Assembly: GCA_016840035.1 (NCBI GenBank)
Contig: JAEOTC010000085.1
Location: forward strand, 1 to 10,876
Length of the DNA stretch: 10,876 nucleotides
Reading direction: 5' to 3'
Origin: Candidatus Hodarchaeota archaeon
Lineage (GTDB): Archaea; Asgardarchaeota; Heimdallarchaeia; Hodarchaeales; Hodarchaeaceae
The notes beneath the pieces are model-generated. The model was not told where the DNA came from. It was given only the letters and a program-made list of their open reading frames with translations, and ran no database searches. The position numbers and the translations under genes are program-made. Of this stretch, positions 6,428 through 10,876 are shown piece after piece (within the stretch, counting starts at the first letter, position 1; each line of letters starts with the position of its first letter).

Positions 6428-9400
6428 GTGAAACTAAAGATAGAATATAATGGCTTATCCATGGCAATCTTATTCTCAATGCTAATTTTGAGTATTTTAG
6501 TCAATAGTAATCCACTTATACATGAAATCCAAGCTTCTAAAGAAAATGGAGAACTAAAAAACCCAGATAAATTCATTTGGGAGACTCAAGGCCTCCCGTA
6601 CCAAATTGATTCCTTAGATCCAGGTATTAACTATGAAACTCCTGGATGTACAGTTGTTGAGATGGTTTATGAAACTTTAGTTGGATATAAGAGCAATTCT
6701 GTTGAGGAGGTCGAGGGGAGACTCGCAACAGATTGGACAATTTCCCCTGATGGACTTAAATATACCTTTAACCTACGGAATGACGTTCTATTTCACGATG
6801 GTGTTATCTTCAACGCGTATGTTATGAAATATTCACTTGACAGAGTGATTCTTATGAATGATCCCTGGGGTCCTTCTTGGATACTTGCTCGAGTTATTAG
6901 AGGAGGATCAACCTATATGGAGCACTTCAATCCTAATTATACCGAAGCACAGGCATATCTTGATTCTGGTGGAGTTGTTGTCATTGATGACTTTACTATT
7001 GAAATAAACCTTGCCTCAGCTTATTCACCTTTTCTTACCTCTTTAGCATTTGATGTTGCTAGTGCTGTATCCCCAAAAGCAGTCATTGAAAATCATCCTG
7101 CATCGTACACAGAGAACACTGAAGATGATGATCTGGGTATGGTTCCTCTAAATCTTTGGTTCCCATTCCTCACAGATTATTCTAAATTAGGATTGAAAAA
7201 TAATCAAAATTCACAGGATTCTGGTGTAGTTCCGGGTTCTCATCGTTTTAGTGTGGCCCGTCACGTATGGATGAAAGAACATGCAGTTGGATCTGGTGCC
7301 TATAAATTAAAACAAATCACAGAAGGTACAATCCTATTGGAAAAAAACCAAAATTGGTGGGGTACATTTAGTGCACATTCTGTTGAGGAAATCGAAATTC
7401 GGTCAGAATTAGATGATACAGTCCGGTTTCAGAATCTAATTGAGGGAACTTCGGATATGGTGTATGTAGAGAAAACAGACGTCCCTAAATTCAGATCTCC
7501 AGGAGGTGAATCCCTGTACGAGGATATAACCGTATTGACTGCCCCAACATCAACTACATATTTTCTTGGCATGAATATGAAGGAAAGTCTACCCTCCTCA
7601 TATCTCAATGAATCTGAAACATCTACTTACGATGCCAGTTCTTTACAACGGTTCGCAACTGGTGTTGAAAAGGCAAGTCAAGATAATCCATTTACCTCAC
7701 TTACGTTTCGAAGAGCGATGGCAAGTGCTTTTGATTACTCACATCATATAAATGATACATTGAATGGAATAGGCAAGCAAATGGAGGGAATAATTCCAGA
7801 AGGAATGCTTGGACATCATGATAATTTAAGAGAGCAGGGATTGTTACCTTCCTATGATTTAAACACAGCTCGAGCATTATTTGAGCAGGTTGGTTGGCAA
7901 GGTACGATTAAATTTGTCTATCCCGTGACTAGTGAAGTACTTTCCCTCTTATACTCATCATTAGCAAATTCTATAGTCTTATGCAATGTAGGAATAAGAG
8001 TTATCCTCCAACCCTTAGAACCAGCTCAGTACGATGAGGCGGCTTGGTTTCGAGAAATTCCTTTAACCTATTGTGGGTGGGCTGCGGATTATGCAGATCC
8101 TGATAATTTCATTACGCCATATCTACATGGAGAATTTGGTGTGTTTGCATCTCGTCTTTCTTATAACAATCCTTCTTTGAACTCTCTTATAGAATCAGCA
8201 GCTGTAGAACAAGATTTCGAGACTCGTCAACAAATGTATCAGAATATTGAGGAACAAGCAGCAAATGACTGTATATATATTTACCTTAACCAAAATTTGG
8301 AGATCTATGTCTTTCGAGATTGGATACAGAATTATGAAGAAAGTGGTTCCTTAAATCCAATGAGTTGTAGCCCCAATTTTCAACACATCGATAAAATTTA
8401 TGCTTTTTATGACCGTGATTTAGATGGAATGCCAGATATTTGGGAATTCGATATGGGACTTAATGTTTATGACCCAAGTGATGCAAAAATCGATTTAGAC
8501 GGCGATTGGGTTAATAATGTTGATGAGTTCCGAGGAGGATCGAATCCGCGTAATTTTTGGAGTTTCCCCATTATTAGCATTAGTATTTTCCATGTTCTTT
8601 TCATTTTTATTCTTGCTAATATAGCTTTAGCGTCCCTAATAGCTAAATTTAGAGAAGAAACAGAGAAACGTGATCTCATTGCCCGATTGAAGGCGCCAGA
8701 TTATGCTACTGCTTTAAAAACTCAAAAACTTGGTTTTGATAATTATATTGCACTCGTCCATAAGGAAACTGAAGCTAAAAATCTCCTTGACAAAGCAAGC
8801 ACTCTTTATCTTCAATGTGAATTCTTAAAGTCTATTCAGCAATACGAGTCTGCATTAGAAATATTTGAGCTCCTAGAAAATGATAGAATGATTGCTGAAA
8901 CAACTTTTCGAATGATTCTTCTTCAAAAAGAAACACAAATATTAACGTCTGATAGTCATATCTTAAACCGCTTTCCAAACCCTCCCTATACTGATCAAGT
9001 GATTTCGGCTTTTTATCACATGATTCAAGCCTTGGTGGCAGAATCTGAGAAAAACTGGGGTTCAGCAGAAAAAGAATGGAATATTGCACTAAATTATCCC
9101 GAGCTGGAAACTGAGTTTCACGTGATTTGTCAAAGTGCATTAGTTGAATCAGAATATAAGACATGGTTAAGTGATCCTTCTCCCTTATCAAAGAAGAGAC
9201 TCTTGACAATGTTAAATAACTTGCAGGACGACTGTGAGAATAACCAATACTACGCACATCTTTGTCAAGTGTTCTTATTGAGGACGAAAATTGGCATAGC
9301 TTCATTCCAGTTTGAAGATGTAGAATATTGGATTAACAAATGCTTAAGAATTGCACAACAAGAGGATATAAAGCTTTACTTTGATTTAGCCACAAAAGAA

Positions 9401-9547
9401 AATAATAAATTTGAACAACTTCGTAATAACATAACCTCTATACTTAAATTGGAAACTGAACTCACTACAGAAGAACAACAATACCGAGTGGAAGAGTATG
9501 TCCGTGAGGCACTAGGTATCAAGAAGAGGCAGAAGAATAATCAGTAA
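6428..9547 (+). CDS. Single-pass membrane protein: signal/hydrophobic N-terminus, family-5 (DppA/OppA/NikA-like) solute-binding domain, TSP3-like Ca-binding repeats, TM helix and TPR-like helical C-terminal domain
   Basis: Solute-binding motifs SLDP, VYETLV, LATDWTISPDGLKYTFNLRNDVLFHDG..FNA..VMKYSLDR, AVGSGAYKL, RRAMASAFD and GWAADYADPDNF (aa ~49-657). DRDLDGMPDIWE...DLDGDWVNNVDEFRGGSNP at aa 662-707. TM IISISIFHVLFIFILANIALASLIA at aa 715-739, then 300 aa with TPR-like patterns. Alternative start ATG6461. Confidence 0.9.
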   Translation: MKLKIEYNGLSMAILFSMLILSILVNSNPLIHEIQASKENGELKNPDKFIWETQGLPYQIDSLDPGINYETPGCTVVEMVYETLVGYKSNSVEEVEGRLATDWTISPDGLKYTFNLRNDVLFHDGVIFNAYVMKYSLDRVILMNDPWGPSWILARVIRGGSTYMEHFNPNYTEAQAYLDSGGVVVIDDFTIEINLASAYSPFLTSLAFDVASAVSPKAVIENHPASYTENTEDDDLGMVPLNLWFPFLTDYSKLGLKNNQNSQDSGVVPGSHRFSVARHVWMKEHAVGSGAYKLKQITEGTILLEKNQNWWGTFSAHSVEEIEIRSELDDTVRFQNLIEGTSDMVYVEKTDVPKFRSPGGESLYEDITVLTAPTSTTYFLGMNMKESLPSSYLNESETSTYDASSLQRFATGVEKASQDNPFTSLTFRRAMASAFDYSHHINDTLNGIGKQMEGIIPEGMLGHHDNLREQGLLPSYDLNTARALFEQVGWQGTIKFVYPVTSEVLSLLYSSLANSIVLCNVGIRVILQPLEPAQYDEAAWFREIPLTYCGWAADYADPDNFITPYLHGEFGVFASRLSYNNPSLNSLIESAAVEQDFETRQQMYQNIEEQAANDCIYIYLNQNLEIYVFRDWIQNYEESGSLNPMSCSPNFQHIDKIYAFYDRDLDGMPDIWEFDMGLNVYDPSDAKIDLDGDWVNNVDEFRGGSNPRNFWSFPIISISIFHVLFIFILANIALASLIAKFREETEKRDLIARLKAPDYATALKTQKLGFDNYIALVHKETEAKNLLDKASTLYLQCEFLKSIQQYESALEIFELLENDRMIAETTFRMILLQKETQILTSDSHILNRFPNPPYTDQVISAFYHMIQALVAESEKNWGSAEKEWNIALNYPELETEFHVICQSALVESEYKTWLSDPSPLSKKRLLTMLNNLQDDCENNQYYAHLCQVFLLRTKIGIASFQFEDVEYWINKCLRIAQQEDIKLYFDLATKENNKFEQLRNNITSILKLETELTTEEQQYRVEEYVREALGIKKRQKNNQ
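8411..8548 (+). repeat. Two thrombospondin type-3-like (DxDxDG..D/N..E) calcium-binding repeats within the fusion protein
   Basis: DRDLDGMPDIWEFDMGLNV and DLDGDWVNNVDEFRGGSNP match the bacterial/archaeal TSP3 pattern DxDxDGxxDxxE...GxxP. Confidence 0.8.
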
Positions 9548-9597
9548 AGAAAGTAACTGAAAATTGTTACAAATTTACATATTATGAACAAAAAGAA

Positions 9598-10506
9598 TCA
9601 TAACGATGATTTCTCTTCATGTTCAAACCACTTTTTTAATTCACTGGGCGAATATCGCAATAAATTCCGGAAAAACCGATATACTTTAGGATGAGATTTG
9701 TAAGATAGATTTAGTTCAGTCCAAGGAGTGTGGATTTTTTTTGCGAGTATGAGGAAAAAAAATCGCTCCTCTTCTAGCATCTGATCTTTTATTGAGGTCA
9801 TTACAGATTGGCTTACCTTTTTAGCTGTTGGATAAAAACTTGGATCTGATTCATCCCACTCTTCCTCTCTAGAGTCCTCAGTAAACACAAGAGGTTTACA
9901 AATAGAGACTGAAATAAAGGATTTAATTCTGGGAATGGACTTTCCAAAGGCCAAAGCTTCATGTGATCCATGAATATAGACTGGTACAACAGGTACTCTT
10001 CCATTCGTCTTTAAAACAAGTCGTCCTATCCCTGTTTTAGCCTGCTCAACTAATTCCCGAAGATCATCTACGGGAGTACTTGGTATACGTTTTCCTTGTG
10101 GAGCAATTAAAACTGCCAGGTTATTATTTAATAGATGAACTGTATATTCAAGAGCAGGAGTTGAATTCTGTGGATAGACAGGATATGCACCTAAATATTT
10201 AAGCAGATAAAAGAACTTATTTTCCTCCATCGCATTGCCATTTGTCATTAATCCACAAGCAGTCCTGTTTCCATAAGGATATACTAAAGCACTTGCAAAA
10301 AGAAAGGTATCTAAATGTGAACGATGGTTGAAACAATAGATTACGGGGACACCCTCTGGTAATCTTTTTATATACTTAAGATTCCGAACCTCAAACCGAA
10401 AATATAACCGAAAAAACCGAGGAAGCATCAATTTAATAAATTGGTAAAGCATTCGGTGAGGGAAGCTCCAGTCATGTAAGGTGTTATCAGGTATTCTTAG
10501 ACGCAT
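9598..10506 (-). CDS. Lysophospholipid/glycerolipid acyltransferase, PlsC/LPLAT superfamily (atypical motifs)
   Basis: Catalytic block I NHRSHLD (H61-x4-D66), block II-like LGAYPVYP, block III-like IAPQGKR and block IV KTGIGRL...VPVVPVYIHG, with an amphipathic N-terminal helix. The symbol plsC is withheld because the motifs deviate. Confidence 0.9.
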   Translation of the reverse strand: MRLRIPDNTLHDWSFPHRMLYQFIKLMLPRFFRLYFRFEVRNLKYIKRLPEGVPVIYCFNHRSHLDTFLFASALVYPYGNRTACGLMTNGNAMEENKFFYLLKYLGAYPVYPQNSTPALEYTVHLLNNNLAVLIAPQGKRIPSTPVDDLRELVEQAKTGIGRLVLKTNGRVPVVPVYIHGSHEALAFGKSIPRIKSFISVSICKPLVFTEDSREEEWDESDPSFYPTAKKVSQSVMTSIKDQMLEEERFFFLILAKKIHTPWTELNLSYKSHPKVYRFFRNLLRYSPSELKKWFEHEEKSSL

Positions 10507-10544
10507 TATTCTAACCTAATATAACAAAGCTGTGAACGATAAAA

Positions 10545-10820
10545 TTAGCGAATTGTACACATTAAACGAAGCAAATAATCATCTTGAATGCCGCATTCAG
10601 CCAAATTTTTAGACTCATCCAATTTTTCTTTGGTATCTGGATGCATTAAGTAAAAATGTTCTTTCAATCGTTCCATATACGAAGGTTGTGGCTCTTTCTT
10701 AGCACTTTTCAATACTTCTTGTATTCTAGTAGTTGAAGGATCATCTATTTCAATAGAAAATCGTGATGATTCACGATACTCCTCACCAGAATAGAATCCA
10801 TTTGTGATGATGATTTTCAT
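10545..10820 (-). CDS. Ubiquitin-like (beta-grasp) protein without the C-terminal di-glycine
   Basis: By-eye alignment to ubiquitin: MKIIIT~MQIFVK, FSIEIDDPSTTRIQEVLKSA~ITLEVEPSDTIENVKAKI, KLDESKNLAECGIQDDYLLRLMCTIR~[26 protein letters not shown](GG). Confidence 0.72.
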   Translation of the reverse strand: MKIIITNGFYSGEEYRESSRFSIEIDDPSTTRIQEVLKSAKKEPQPSYMERLKEHFYLMHPDTKEKLDESKNLAECGIQDDYLLRLMCTIR

Positions 10821-10876
10821 CTTATTCTAGTATTGAAATAACTAGATCTTTTTTCTTTATCGGAGATTATTCAATA

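Noticed and set aside
8467-9305. Minus-strand ORFs 8467..8679 and 8832..9305
   Set aside because: Antisense to the 1039-aa gene; no recognisable features.
6428-9547. Plain dppA/oppA annotation, or a sensor kinase/chemoreceptor
   Set aside because: It has a 300-aa post-TM domain and no adjacent permease or ATPase. No H-box, HATPase, Hanks kinase, GGDEF or MCP motifs are visible in the tail.
9548-9597. Intrinsic terminator between convergent genes (also 257-274 and 4795-4802)
   Set aside because: No convincing hairpin or long T-tract could be identified.
9813-10004. 63-aa minus-strand ORF
   Set aside because: Alternative frame inside the acyltransferase, whose main frame is intact.
10545-10820. 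Ubl as a canonical conjugatable ubiquitin/SAMP/MoaD, or as a pseudogene with a premature stop
   Set aside because: There is no GG at the terminus or after the stop codon, and no E1/ThiF partner in the window.
1-10876. tRNA/rRNA genes, CRISPR arrays, IS/integrase/viral genes
   Set aside because: Intergenic gaps are all 241 nt or shorter and AT-rich, with no cloverleaf, spaced repeats, terminal inverted repeats or mobile-element proteins seen.

Overview
AT-rich, gene-dense window, most likely from an Asgard (Heimdallarchaeia/Hodarchaeales-like) archaeon. This is an inference from GGTGA Shine-Dalgarno sites, BRE/TATA-like promoters, a GFE-hydrophobic-basic C-terminal sorting signal and a eukaryote-type ubiquitin fold. 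Gene order: 3' end of a surface protein with a CTERM-like anchor (+); GH38 alpha-mannosidase (-), divergent from a GPH/MelB-family MFS transporter (+); capless alpha/beta hydrolase (-), divergent from a 180-aa helical tandem-repeat protein (+); a 1039-aa fusion of a family-5 solute-binding domain, Ca-binding TSP3-like repeats, one TM helix and a ~300-aa TPR-like tail (+); a PlsC-like acyltransferase with altered substrate motifs (-); and a ubiquitin-like protein lacking the C-terminal GG and ending in CTIR (-). The best candidates for new biology are the receptor-like solute-binding/TM/TPR protein, which has no ABC partners nearby, and the GG-less Ubl directly upstream of the atypical acyltransferase. 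No RNA genes, CRISPR arrays or mobile elements were seen. All calls come from motif recognition by eye; no searches were run.
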